In this document: in pieces, positions 36,042 to 48,237 of the stretch
Layout of the letters: the number at the start of each line of letters is the position of its first letter
Numbering within the stretch: the first letter of the stretch is position 1
Assembly: GCA_043228905.1 (NCBI GenBank)
Contig: JBHGNT010000001.1
Coordinates: forward strand, 10,106,001 to 10,170,000
Origin: Azolla caroliniana
Taxonomy: Eukaryota > Plantae > Polypodiophyta
Reading direction: 5' to 3'
Length of the DNA: 64,000 nucleotides
Notes under the pieces: generated by a model
Told to the model about the DNA's origin: nothing
The model's database searches: none
The model's input: only the letters and a program-made list of their open reading frames with translations
Translations under genes and position numbers: made by a program

Positions 36042-37098
36042 AGGCTGGACCGGTTTTTCTCCGTCCCAACACAATTTGGCGCATGCCGGTGGATGCGCGG
36101 TTAGGTGGGGGCGGATGTCGTGAAGAAAACCGTCCACAAGAGGAATCGGTGTACCGGAGCGTAGAAACCGACTCTTCATGCACGTGCGCCTTAAGTTGTA
36201 CATAGGAGATCCTAGGTAAATTCGGTAGGTAGAGAGTAAAGGGGGGGAAAAACGGCTCCTTCCTTGCCTATAAAAGGAGGGAGACGAGGAGAGTAAAGGG
36301 ATCGCGGAGAGTCGAGGACGAAGGGCTGTGGGGATTGGGCGCGAAGGCTTCTCTCTCTCTCTCTCTCGGGTTCGTAGACTCCATAGCTTCCTGCTGTGCA
36401 GGTTTCGGGAGGCTCGCGCTGCTCTGAGGAATGCCCGAGTGCTCCCGGCAGCACCTCCAGCCTGTTCCTGTCTTTCTGTGCGTTTGCGAACAGGTATCGG
36501 CATCTATTCGCCGGCCTGTTCGGTTGTAACCCACTTCGTGACTGTTGTCTTCGTGTTCTTATTGTTTGTCTTGTCAATACATACATATTTTCGTGTCTTT
36601 CTGTGTCGTTGTCCCACTCGCGTCTCTGCGTCGAAGGGCCGTGTCCCTGTGAATCTACGCTCGCACGTAGTGGGTCCCTTCTCTTCTCTCTTACTCTTCG
36701 GTACAGGACCCCCGAGGTCCCGCCTCATTCCACGCATCCGCGAGGAATCCCTCGACAACGTATGGGTCAAAGTATAAATTATAACTCATTTTATTAGTAT
36801 GGATACAAGTACACCTGATATTTTTGTAAAACTTACCTAATTAATATAAGTCTTTAAGTTAGTGTTTCCCTTGTCGCACAGTAGTGACATATTGAGCCAT
36901 AGTTGAACTTTATTATGCCTACATTAACTTATCAACGTGTCTAAACTTGCATGATTTCTAATGATCTCCACTCGTAGATCTATCATGTATTTTTATATTT
37001 GCAAATTCTCATCAAGTTGAGGAACATGTGATACTAGTGCATCCAATTTTTGTAGAGAGGGTGTATTTGCTTTGTTTTAAGAAGATTCTACAAGTGGA

Positions 37099-37134
37099 AT
37101 GCGCAATCCTTCCACTTGTGAACGCGAACATGTT
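37099..37134 (-). repeat. Right terminal inverted repeat (36 bp)
   Basis: Reverse complement of 21058-21093, followed by the TSD GATA. Confidence 0.92.
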
Positions 37135-37415
37135 GATAATATATATGTGTATGTAATATACAAATGTAACATAAGTATGTGTATGCATGTATGGAATGTA
37201 TGTATATATGTGTATAGATGTATGTTTGTAAAACTTATAACATCGTTACAGACATATGTACGTATATATATATATATATATATATATATGGTGATATGTG
37301 GAATATGTCATGTATATATGTGTATGCATATATATATATGTGTCAATATTCATGATTCAATGTCTATGGATGTGTTTGTAATATGCGCATAATATGTATC
37401 TATATATCTAATGTA

Positions 37416-37482
<67 letters not shown>

Positions 37483-37560
37483 TAATTGATAATACCCGTA
37501 TGTAAATATATTTTCAAAATATTTATTAATACCCTTATATATATACATTATGTATCTCAA
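37135..37560. repeat. Continuation of the TATG/(TA)n/(GT)n low-complexity tract
   Basis: Includes (TA)n at ~37263-37289 and (GT)n at ~37420-37481. Confidence 0.85.
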
Positions 37561-37623
37561 CAACTAATTTAAACCCCTTTTGATGAACTCACGTGCTATC
37601 ATACAAGTTTTGACAGTGAAGCC

Positions 37624-40600
37624 CCCGGGAAACACCCTCAAGTGTCGGTAGGAGACATTCTTTCCTGTCCACACCCTTTGTGGGACATCACCTTTCAACG
37701 GTACTAAGGGGAACATGTTGATCAGATAGACAACTACGTACATCACCTCAGCCCTGTATATTTTCGGCAGTTTAGCATGCGACAGCATGCTCCTTACTCT
37801 CTCCATGATTTTCCGGTTCATCCTCTCTGCAAGCCCGTTCAACTTAGGAGTCTTTGGTACTGTGTATTCGCTTCGAATACCTTGGGCCTTGCAGTATTCC
37901 TCGAACTGCCCTCTATATTCGACACCATTGTCGGTTCGGACAACTTTCAACTTCCGACCTAACTCCCGCTCAGCTCTAGCCTGGAACTCCTTGAAGGAGG
38001 ACAATACTTGATCTTTTGACTTTAGTACGAAAGCCCACAACTTCCGATTGTAGTCGTCAATGAAAGTTACAAAGTATTGTTTGACGGAAACTCAACGCTC
38101 CTTATGCACAACGCTCGGCCACAACCGAGCTTAGAATCATACACAGAAAACAGGAAACGAAAAGCACAACACAAAGGAGAGAAAAGGTGCACAGGATGTT
38201 TACGTGGAAAACCCAAACTAAGGGAAAAACCACGGCAGCCCACAGGCTGCAAACTATCACTATGTTGGAATGTAACAAAACAGTGAGTTCATGGAGGCAA
38301 CGACCTCATGCTCACGATCTTCGCCACAGGCGGCAGTTACAACAGAGGCTACGACCTCTTCCTCTCTCTCTCTCTCTGTACACTGTTACGTGCTCTCTCT
38401 TCTTCTTGCACCAACAAGAAATGACAACCACACTTACTATAAGTTTGCCCTAAGTCATATTTATACTAATATGACTTTTCGGCTATTTACAAATATATCC
38501 TCGATGGACTCTCAGAAACATATTTACGAATATGTCTCTTCATCCGGTTCTCACCGGGTCTGCACCATCCGGCTCTCCGTAGTCGAGTACTCCTCATCCG
38601 GTTCTCACCGGGCCTGCACCATCCGGCTCTCCGTAGCCGGGTACTCCTCATCCGGTTCTCACCGGGTCTGCACCATCCGGCTCTCCGTAGCCGGGTACTC
38701 CTCTTCCGGTTCACACCGGGTCTGCACCATCCGGCTCTCCGTAGCCAGGTACTCCTCATCCGGTTCACACTAGGTCTGCACCATCCGGCTCTCCGTAGCC
38801 GGGTACTCCTCTTCCGGTTCACACCGGGTCTGCACCATCCGGCTCTCCGTAGCCGGGTACTCCTCATCCGGTTCACACTAGGTCTGCACCATCCGGCTCT
38901 CCGTAGCCGGGTACTCCTCTTCCGGTTCACACCGGGTCTGCACCATCCGGCTCTCCGTAGCCGGGTACTCCTCATCCGGTTCACACTAGGTCTGCACCAT
39001 CCGGCTCTCCGTAGCCGGGTACTCCTCTTCCGGTTCACACCGGGTCTGCACCATCCGGCTCTCCGTAGCCGGGTACTCCTCATCCGGTTCACACTAGGTC
39101 TGCACCATCCGGCTCTCCGTAGCTGGGTACTCCTCTTCCGGTTCACACCGGGTCTGCACCATCCGGCTCTCCGTAGCCGGGTACTCCTCTTCCGGTTTCG
39201 GCCGAGGCCTATCGGCCTCGGCCGAGATTGTTCATCGGCACTGTTCTTCTCTCTTCCCATCCGGAGGGACCTGTCTCCCAACATTGTCCACCTCGATGCG
39301 ACGGAGCATCTACATAACACACATCCGTGTGTACCAGTTCCAATGCAGCTTCTCTTCTTCTTGGTGGTCTTGAGTGGAATGTTGCTCTATTCTACTTTCC
39401 AACTAAATAGTCGAGCATTTCTCTAGGTGCACTCTCTTTACCTCTGGTAGAAGTTTCTGGTCGGCTAATAGATGCAAACCCTTCTCACTCATGTGGCCTA
39501 GCCTCTTATGCCATATCTGTCCCGCCGAGTCAGCTGCCACATTCACTTCTGATTTGCATGGTCGGGCTTGCATCATATACAACATGCCTTCCTTCTGTGC
39601 TCGAGCCACTATAAGTTTTCCTCGGCAGAACTTCCATTTCTTGTTTCGGAAACTACCACTATAGCCTCCGTTGTCCAATCTTCTAGTCGATATCAAATTC
39701 AATAATATCAGGGAGATGTCAAACATCCTTCAGAGTCCATCAACACCCTATCGACGTCGTCAAACAAACACTTCCGATTCCGGCTATCTTGCACTCCCCA
39801 CTGTCACCCATCTTTACATAATCATGATCACTGGCTATGTAAGCCGAGAAATACTCTCTTGACGGAGTTTTGTGGAAAGATGCACAGGAATTGATCACCC
39901 AAGTGCATTCTTCGGTTGCAAGATTTGCATTTGTCTGTTCACAAATGAACAAAAGTTCTTCATTGCTCATAGCAATGCCTGAAGTGTTCTTTTCTTCAGG
40001 AATCTTCCTCGGTTCGACATTATTGCCGACACTCTTTTCCCTTTTAAGGTGTCAGCAGTCCTTTTGGAAATGTCCATGCCTTTCCACAATAAAAGCACAC
40101 AAGCTTTCCTCTGGACTTCCTCCTTAGTGGATTCCTTTGCCGGTTCCTTCCTCTACCAATGTGTTGAGTCAAATTTGACTCCGACTGGACTAGGACACCC
40201 TTGTCCTTCCTTCTCGCTTCCTCATTCAAGATGCTTGTCTTCACCGCTTGTAAAGACAAGTTCTCTTCTTGACAGGAGGTGCTAAGAGTAATCACCAGGT
40301 TCTCCCAGCTATCCGGGAGTGTGCACATCAGTAGGATGGCCTGCATCACATCATCAAGGGGAAACTTGGTTGCGGCAAGTTGATTCACATATCCCATGAA
40401 TGTGCTAATGTGTTCGACGATGCTCTCACTGTCTCTGTATTTCAACCATATGATCTTTCTCATCGGTGAGGTTTTATTGAGGGCGTTCTTCCTCTCATAT
40501 AGACCTGACAGCTTCTGCCACATCTCGTGGGCATTTGTGTCATTCGCCACATGCTGAAGGACATTTACATCCACGCACTGTCAAATGGTGGCCACCGCCT

Positions 40601-41285
40601 TTTTGTTAAGAAGTTTCCATTCTAACTCTAATACCCCGATGGGTATTTCTGCTCTATCAATCGCCTTGTACAGGTCTTTGACTATGAGAAGGTTCTCCAT
40701 CTTTATCTTCCAGTCTACATAGTTCTGAGAGTTTAGAACTATCATTCCTGGGAAACCACTCACACCTCCTTCCATGCTTGCACCTCAAGCTCTAATAACA
40801 GTTTGTTGAGAAACGAATCGTCAATCCACAACAAAAGGAATACGCTAAAATGCACAACCCAGAAACACAGAAAACAATGTACACAGATTTAACGTGGAAA
40901 CCCTAAAAACGGGGAAAACCACGGGAATAGAGATTCCACTATACACAAGAGAGTACAAGAAAAAATGGTTACAATCTTCTCTAACACACACAAAGGATAA
41001 CCCGCTTAGGGTTCTTAGCATGTTCGCTGAACTTTGTTGCCACTCTCTCTCACGCTCACACCCTCTCTCTCCTCTGTCACACTATGCTATAGAGGCTCAC
41101 ACACTATTCTGTTCTACTACATGTCAATCACAACATACATTGTTTGCCGTAGGTGCATTTATATTAATACATAATATTGGCTATTTACAAATGTCGCCCC
41201 TACCACACATCACTACTATTATTATCTATAATAATAGTAGCCATCAGCCGACTGCTCCTCCCACTAGAGGGACATATTCCTAACA
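37624..41285 (-). mobile_element. 3'-truncated Ty1/copia element (5' LTR 40804-41285, gag, PR, integrase)
   Basis: Gag LNSQNYVDWKIKMENLL and CFYCGK; protease WVINSCASFH; GAG-pre-integrase IWHKRLGHMS; integrase YFVTFIDD, VRTDNG.EY, LNGLAERMNR. A degenerate iMet PBS (TGTTATTAGAGC) lies next to the LTR. Confidence 0.88.
38082..39283 (-). mobile_element. Solo LTR (copia-like) with 12 x 54-bp tandem repeats, inserted in the copia integrase
   Basis: TG...CA ends, with TSD TTGTT/TTGTC (or ATTGT if shifted by one base). Removal restores GGQ|YFVTFIDD. The repeats lie at ~38540-39195. Confidence 0.85.
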
Positions 41286-41299
41286 CATACAAGATTATA

Positions 41300-42441
41300 T
41301 GCATACCTATTCTTGATGGTGACCTTATTCAAGCCACGGTAATCCACGACTAGACGAAGTGATCCATCTTTTTCCTTGACAAAGAAAATAGGTGTGTCGG
41401 CTACAGATTTCGAATGTCAGATAAACCTATTTGCCAATTTTCCTCTTTGTAGGCTCAAAGAGCTTCAACTTAGTTGGTGACAAGTTGTAGATCGGTCCCC
41501 ACGGTGGCTCCTTTCCTGGTTGTAAGTCAATGGGACAATAATATGGTCGATGGTGATGAAGAGTACTAGCTTTTACCTTATCAAAAATGTCGGCGTAATG
41601 ATGATACTTCTTTGGAAGTTGAATTGTTGACTCTTCCTTAGTCATATTGGAAGGTTTCACTGATACTGTGAATACAAACATTGATTCCTTGTGTCCTTCC
41701 TCACACAATTGATGTAGCGAAATGGTTGAAATATTATGAGTAGATCCTCGAGGTTTTCGATACCTGATTTCTCTTGTTCTCTAATCTATGTCCCGATTGT
41801 GTAATTCGAACCATGGTAACCCCAAAACAATTGGATGCTCCGGGCTACTAATTACATTAAATTATACTACACATGCCAAATTATTTAGGACAACACTAAT
41901 TGGCTCTGACTCTTCTACGATATTTCCGGAGGCAATGGGGCGACCATCAATGACTACTACAGAAGTTGGGCAAGGGAGCTTTCTTAGGGATATCTGATGA
42001 ACTTGGACAAAATTCTTATATATGAAGCAAGAATTGGTTCCAGAATCTAAGAGGGCTAAGACATGTATTGGAGGGTTACTTTTAGTACTAATTGTTACTT
42101 GAGCTAGGAAGACATTGCTAACTTACGTAGATGGAATGTGTTGAGAATCAAGCTCAACTTGGTCTAGTGTGTGAACTCACCTTGAGAGTGAATAGACGCT
42201 CCAATGGTCAAGAGTCACCATTATGTCACCACTTTGTATTCTAGCATTTAGTATGAGTCATAGAATCATATTCTATGACACATAACTTATGAGCTTTCAC
42301 ATTCCCCATGCTCCATGAGTCTTGTAGTTAATGAAGAGAGAGGGTGACTATATAAAGCACCCTCCTCCCACCTTGTATAATGTTGAGTCTTTCTCCTTTG
42401 TTAATATACTTAACCTTGCGTATTCTCTGTGTCTTACTCCT

Positions 42442-42514
<73 letters not shown>

Positions 42515-44273
42515 CACACACATAACTCATATCTCTTCCGCTTCACAAGAATCATATCCGATTCTTTACAAAATGGAACCACTAATGGGTTGCACAGATC
42601 TAGGGTTGTCCAACCAAACGGCTCCTATTTTGGCTGGATTTAGTCGTTTAACTAGACTTCTTCTAGTTGACTAAGGACTTCAAATTCGTTTGATAGGCTT
42701 GGGCTATTAGGACTATCAGACACTTCTAATGAAATAGACTCGGGTTTAGTACTAGAGACTATTTGATTTACTTGTCTTCTTGGCCTATGGGGGCAATTCA
42801 CTGCAATATGCCTCGGTCCACCGCAATAAAGACATAGTCAATTTGTTAAGCGTTGTTGCTTTTCCTCTTCCAATAATGGTCCATGACGACATGTGGTGTC
42901 GATTTTCATCAGTGTTTATTTGTTGGGACCACATTATATGACTCCCTTGCAAATGGTTTTGCTATGACTGAGGCGTATGTGGGCTCTGACCTTGTTCTTG
43001 GTATTTGTAATTGACGTTCCGAACGTCGTTCGAAAAGCCAGTTATTACAACATACCACTCAACTGATTGCCTCTGTGAGCGACTTTGGTTCTTCGGGGAA
43101 AGTCAGGACTAAGTCTTTGACATCATTTCGTAGGCCATATCGAAACTGCTCTATCAACGTTAGGTCATCCCAGGGAATATCGGTTGCAAGGTAGACGGAA
43201 ATCTGCAGCGTAAGCTGAGGCTGAGCGATCACCTTAACGCAATCTTCGGATTTTATTGATTGTCGTCCTAATGTTATCGGTGTCTCTGAAACAGGCTTTA
43301 AACTCGCTAATAAATTCCTCAAATTTATTTAACAATGAAGATCCTTTTTCTAACAAAGGAGCGAACCATGCCAAAGTTATGCCACTAAGCAACGTGCCTA
43401 TTAGTCCCACCCGTGATGCATTGGTGGGATATCGGGAAGGATGCATTTGAATCACGAGATGTACGTAATTAAAAAATCCTCTTAATTGTGATCGTGTTCC
43501 ATCAAATTTCGTAGGAAGACCAATCTTGGGTTCTTTATGAATAACTTGAGTATTTGGTTCCTGTTGTTGCAATGACACAATGGTTGCTTCAAGTTGTTGC
43601 ACACGTAACGCCAACTCCCCGTGTTGTTGTTGTGTTTGCTGCTTTTCTAAAGAGATTTGTTGAAGATCCCCCAACAACCATTGATTTTCTTGTTCAAGTG
43701 CTACAAATTTTTCTTTCAAGCACTGCAACTCCGAGAAAACAAAATGGTATTCTTGAGCTCTAACCATTGCCATAGTATTGGAGGAAGGAAGGAAGGAAAG
43801 ATTAGTATGGAGGGAAGGAGGTTCAAACTGTCAGGAATAGTACTAAAGACAGAGAGGGAATTAGTACTAGAGATAGAGGAGGAAAGTACTAAAAGGGACT
43901 CGGGAGAGAAGGAGAGAGAGAGAGAGGGGGGGAGGGAGGGAGGGAGGGAGGGAGGGAGAATGATGATAACAAGTGGTATATTATATGAAGAGAATATACA
44001 AGAACAACTAGGACACTTAAGACTAGTGTTGAACCGAATTGGTTCGGAATAATTTCTTGTGCCTCTATTTATAGTGTTGTCATGAGTACTCCTGAAGATT
44101 ATAGAATGTTCTAGAGTAATCTGGAATATACATGAATTTCTTATAGTGAAATAATAAATGAAAATAATATTTTTTGTATTACAATGCATAGTTTAATGAT
44201 CAGGGTCCAACCAATGTAACACAAGGTCATGGGTTCAAATCTTTTTGGAGCCATAGAATGCCATATCATGACA
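41300..44273 (-). mobile_element. Decayed Ty3/gypsy element (chromovirus/Tcn1-like gag, PR, RT start) with 5' LTR 43829-44273
   Basis: Gag EPKIGLPTKFDG...LLSGITLAWF and EQFRYGLRNDVKD; protease ALLDSG; RT start [30 protein letters not shown]. The LTR ends are TGTCA...TGACA. Confidence 0.82.
42137..42547 (+). mobile_element. Putative small solo LTR containing (CT)n
   Basis: TGTG...CACA ends, imperfect flanks GGAA/AGAA, internal TATATAAA and (CT)n. It interrupts the gypsy remnant. Confidence 0.45.
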
Positions 44274-44279
44274 GTATCA

Positions 44280-46580
44280 ATACATGAAGAGGTTAGAGAG
44301 CTTCGAAAAGCTCACAAGTCATAGGTGTCCTTCGAGGAGGCATACGGTTATGAAAAACTAAAGGGGCAAGGTCGGCGTGAGTTCAACCAATGGGTAGCAT
44401 CAGTGAAAACCCATTGGAGCACAATGCAAGCATTCCAAGAGTTCGAGCATTGTTTTGCTCAACTCTCGGAGCAAGATTGAAGATTGGTGGGGGTGGATAA
44501 AGTCCTATTATTTTTTAAGTCGGTCAATCGAAAATAAAGGATGGTCATTTTACTTGAACTCGAAGACGATGATGGAGCAAATGGCCTCACCGAGGATTGG
44601 ACCAAAGTAGAGAGGGTATGCCAGCGACATGATGAGAAGAGGAAGGGGACATTGTCGGCCAAAATACGGCCCACGAGTGACGGTCAAAAGAGCGTGGCCA
44701 GTGACGACGCACTACCACCAAAGGAAGAGAGCTCATCACGGAAGGTTCTAGTGATGCTCAACATAGAAGCATTGATAAGGGAGGCATACAAGATCATGAA
44801 GATGCGGGTCGAAGTCGAAGAAGGGTCTATTATGGAGTCGGGCTCAAGAGGACCGGATGACAAGGAAGTCACCTCCTCAGGGACAAAGGACGGGGCCTAT
44901 GCGAAGGCCGAAGAATGGCACCACGATACCAATGGAGAGGGTGTGGAGTAAGCCACCCTCTCAACTTGCGGAGTAAGACCGACCGAGGATAAGGTCGGAG
45001 TCGGGGAGGCGACGATTGCCGATTCGGAAGAGGACCGATGGTTTCGGGCACGACGGCCTGAAACATCAGATGATGGAGAAGCAAGCATAGTTGGAGCTTG
45101 CACGATTGGGGACGAAGGAGAGGAGATAACCATGCACAACGACGTCGAAACGGAGGTGGCTATGGACAAATCGTCAGTAAACGATAGTGCTGAAGATTTC
45201 TCCACACCGGTTCTAGAGACTTCGGCGGTTTTGCCCGAGAGCCAACGTGCGACCGAAGAGATGGACGGTGGCGGCGGGAAAGTGGAGGACCGAGAAGGCG
45301 ACAAGGATAATGAGGTCATTGGTAGCGGATGAAGAAGAGATCCCTCGACACCGGTTCCGAAGATTTCGACGGTTGTGCCCGAGTGCCAACATGAGACCAG
45401 AGAGATGGGAGGTGGCCGCGAGGAAACGTGTCCCGAGGCCAACATAAACGTAGGGAAGGAGGTGGCCGACGAGGAGGTCAAAGGAAAGGCCATGGCGGAG
45501 TTCGATGGAGAGGCCAGTAGTGGCAAAGTAGGAGGAGTCAGGAACCGATCCAGCCGGTAATCCGTGTCGAAAGGAAGATGATCCGAATGGGAGCCGATCA
45601 ACCGAGCCCAAGCCGAAAGGGGGCCGAATCGGTCGAAGCCAATCAACCGAGCCCAACCCCAAAGGGGGCCAACGCAGTCAAAACTGATCGGTTGAGCCTG
45701 ATTCGGCCAAATGCGAATGTGGACAAAGACCGACCGAGCCAAGAACCAATCGGCCGAGACTTATCTAGACAAGGGCTAATCCGGCCTAATCGGAGATCGA
45801 GGCAAACGATCCATAACACCTGATTAAAGTCTATGAGCGGCGAGGAGTCAAAGGCCGAAGCGGATGAGGGTGTCGAAGGAGTTGGCCGCATCACCAGGGT
45901 GAGCTATGATGGGCAAGCAGCCCGAGCGAATTTGAGAGGTGTTCGTCGGGACAACAACACAACGATAATGGAGATGATGGAGGACACCGAAGTGAAGAAC
46001 ACTGACACGGATATCGAGATGGTGGTGCACTCTACCATAAGAGAACACTACAAGCAAGGGCAAAACGAGAAGCGTGTAATGTGGTCACTTAAGGACCTAG
46101 GAATGAGCATGTATTCAAAGGAGGTTGACATCGACGTATGGGTGGAGCCTTCAAAAGGCAAGCATGGAACAGAGGGAGACAGCATGCCGAGGTGTTTGGG
46201 ACGAGGAGACGGTCGAGCCAAAGGAGACACATACGAGGTGCACGACGAACGGTGTCCGGCACGTGATCGGAGTGGTCGGGAGCCCAATCGGAGGACATGT
46301 GCGGTGGACGAAGGGAGAGTGATCGGATCGGCGACATCGTTCAGGAGGTGTACTACAACCAGCCAAGGAGGAAGGTGCGAGCGCGCCGGATATGGTGGAT
46401 TGGGCAGGTACGGTGGTTCAAGTGGAAAGGTTGGGCATGTTCGACGTGGAAGACGAAGTCGGATGAGGTCAACGAGGGTGCGGAGGAACCTGGTTGATCA
46501 CCATTGCCGAAAATCTCACCTCTTCCCCATTCTTGGCACATACCGGTGGATGTGCAATTTGGTGGGGGTAGATGTCGTGA
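44280..46580 (+). mobile_element. Degenerate non-autonomous gypsy relative of the 29782-36757 family
   Basis: The gag remnant VDKVLLFFKSV...GLTEDWTKVERVC aligns with SRVLLFVKSV...GLTTD*AAVKRVC. The 3' end CCGGTGGATGTGCAATTTGGTGGGGGTAGA|TGTCGTGA matches the family PPT and LTR start (LTR begins at 46573; its end was not located). Confidence 0.65.
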
Positions 46581-48237
46581 GGATTTTCGGCTATGGTGAG
46601 AAAACTGAGTGGGACGAATAAAATGGAGATGTGCAACATTACACATGCACTTAATAAATTTGTAAATAGGAATAAGAAAAACAATGTATTAGGGAAGGGT
46701 AAAATGTAATGTGCTAAAAGTGTGGTAGATGGGCGTAAGAAGATATCAATCCGATTGAGTCGGACATGAGGACAATTTCGAACAATCGGCTCTGACACTC
46801 TCAGAATTTGGCCTTCGGAAATCGATACAGCCAATTCAACTTAAGTCTTTCTAGTCGACCCGGCTTCTGCTTTCGGCCATAAGCCGATTTGTCCAAACAT
46901 CCTTTTGTATAATCTGTATCGTTCTATTTCATATTACAGATTTTTTGTTGCATACACCCATTATAGGGGAGTGTCGAATACGGGGTATAATGGACATATT
47001 CACATTGTCCCACTTGGATAGACTAGGTTTAGAACATCTCTTTAATTAAGCTAAAGGGTAGTTGCCCTAGCTCAGTTATTATATAATTGAGCTTGTAACG
47101 TTGTTGGCATTCTCGTTTGTCATTTCATGCAAATTAATCATATGTAGAGTCATGATTAGTGGGCTCCTATTAAGTTCAACCTTAACAACACGAAGACTAG
47201 GGTTAGGTATGTGCTTCTTTTGCACCATTCCAAAGGAGAATAGGTTCATTAAATATCATGTAGATCATAATAATATACTTTGGAAGTACTTATAAGATAT
47301 TTGGCAAGTTTTATCTCATTGTTATTTGACGCCTCAACAATGAGTTTTTGCTTGGTATGTTCAAAATGGTCCAAATGATGAGTTAGAGGTCTTGTTCCAA
47401 TGTTTACGATATTGGGGACTACAACACGATTCAAATACGTGTAATGCTTTCATGTTTGATGGTAGATATGGAGTGAATGACTATGTTAAGAAGTTGCAAG
47501 GCGTTCTCATCTAGAATCATTTGGACCATTATCAAACTATACATTATTGGAGCATGTGGTGTTTAAACAACTCTTTCATCTGTGGCCCTAGTGGAGATAG
47601 ACTTGACAAATTCTTGTATGTGCTTCTCTTAAATATGTATAGCTTCGGGGAGAGGGAAAGGCCCCCATGAACTAATTAGGTTCTTATTTGTTGAATCATA
47701 GAAAGAGTTTTTGTTGTAATAAATTGCAAGAATCCTACAAATTGCTTCATATTCTCAATAATAATCATGCTTGGAAGAAAAACATATAGGAGTTACTACA
47801 CAACTCAAACCCTCTAGTCGAAATCAATCCAATAATCAAAATAAAACATATTATTTGAGTGTGCTACACATGAAGGAGTTGATGAGCGTCACACACTGAA
47901 TGCAATTACTATATATATAAAACGTACTTCATTAAATTTTGGGAAACCCGCAATAGTACAATATTGATGAAATCAAATTTAATAGAGTATTGTGAGTGTA
48001 TGAGTGATGGAAGTAAAATCAATAAGCATAATATGTGTATTGTTTGTAGTGTCATGGACATGAAAGGAAATGTCTAAGGAGTTGAAGCATGATCCTTTTT
48101 CCCTTAATGTTTAGGAAGGCATGTGTATAAAGAGGGTTCAAAAGAGAAAATTAGTCATGGGAATAATATGAAATCACTTATCAATGCAAAGTTCCAAAAC
48201 ATGATACAACAATATAGTCAAGCCGGATCAAACTTTT

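Larger units (their letters stand above)
29782..36757 (+). mobile_element. Full-length Ty3/gypsy LTR retrotransposon (no chromodomain seen), nested in the DNA transposon
   Basis: LTRs at 29782-30406 and 36116-36757 (TGTCG...CGACA) differ by about 10 substitutions plus small indels by manual count. TSD ACGT (29778-29781 and 36758-36761). PBS TGGTGAACCCGAC and PPT GGTTAGGTGGGGGCGGA. Confidence 0.96.
21058..37134. mobile_element. Complete TIR DNA transposon (Sola-like) carrying a transposase and a ParB-methyltransferase gene; contains a nested gypsy element
   Basis: Left TIR AACACGTTCGCGTTCACAAGTGGAAGGATCGCGCAT (21058-21093). Right TIR ATGCGCAATCCTTCCACTTGTGAACGCGAACATGTT (37099-37134), with 2 mismatches in 36 bp. 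GATA flanks both sides (21054-21057 and 37135-37138). Both flanks are the same TATG tract. Confidence 0.9.

Noticed and set aside
30001-36797. Numerous antisense and alternative-frame ORFs in the gypsy copies (also in 1-6300)
   Set aside because: These are expected in GC-rich coding DNA, show no domain motifs and have inconsistent boundaries between copies.
38487-39320. 277-aa Arg-rich repeat ORF (also 5948-6757 and the start of 5662-6474)
   Set aside because: It is only the 54-bp LTR tandem repeat read in a stop-free frame, with no other sign of coding.
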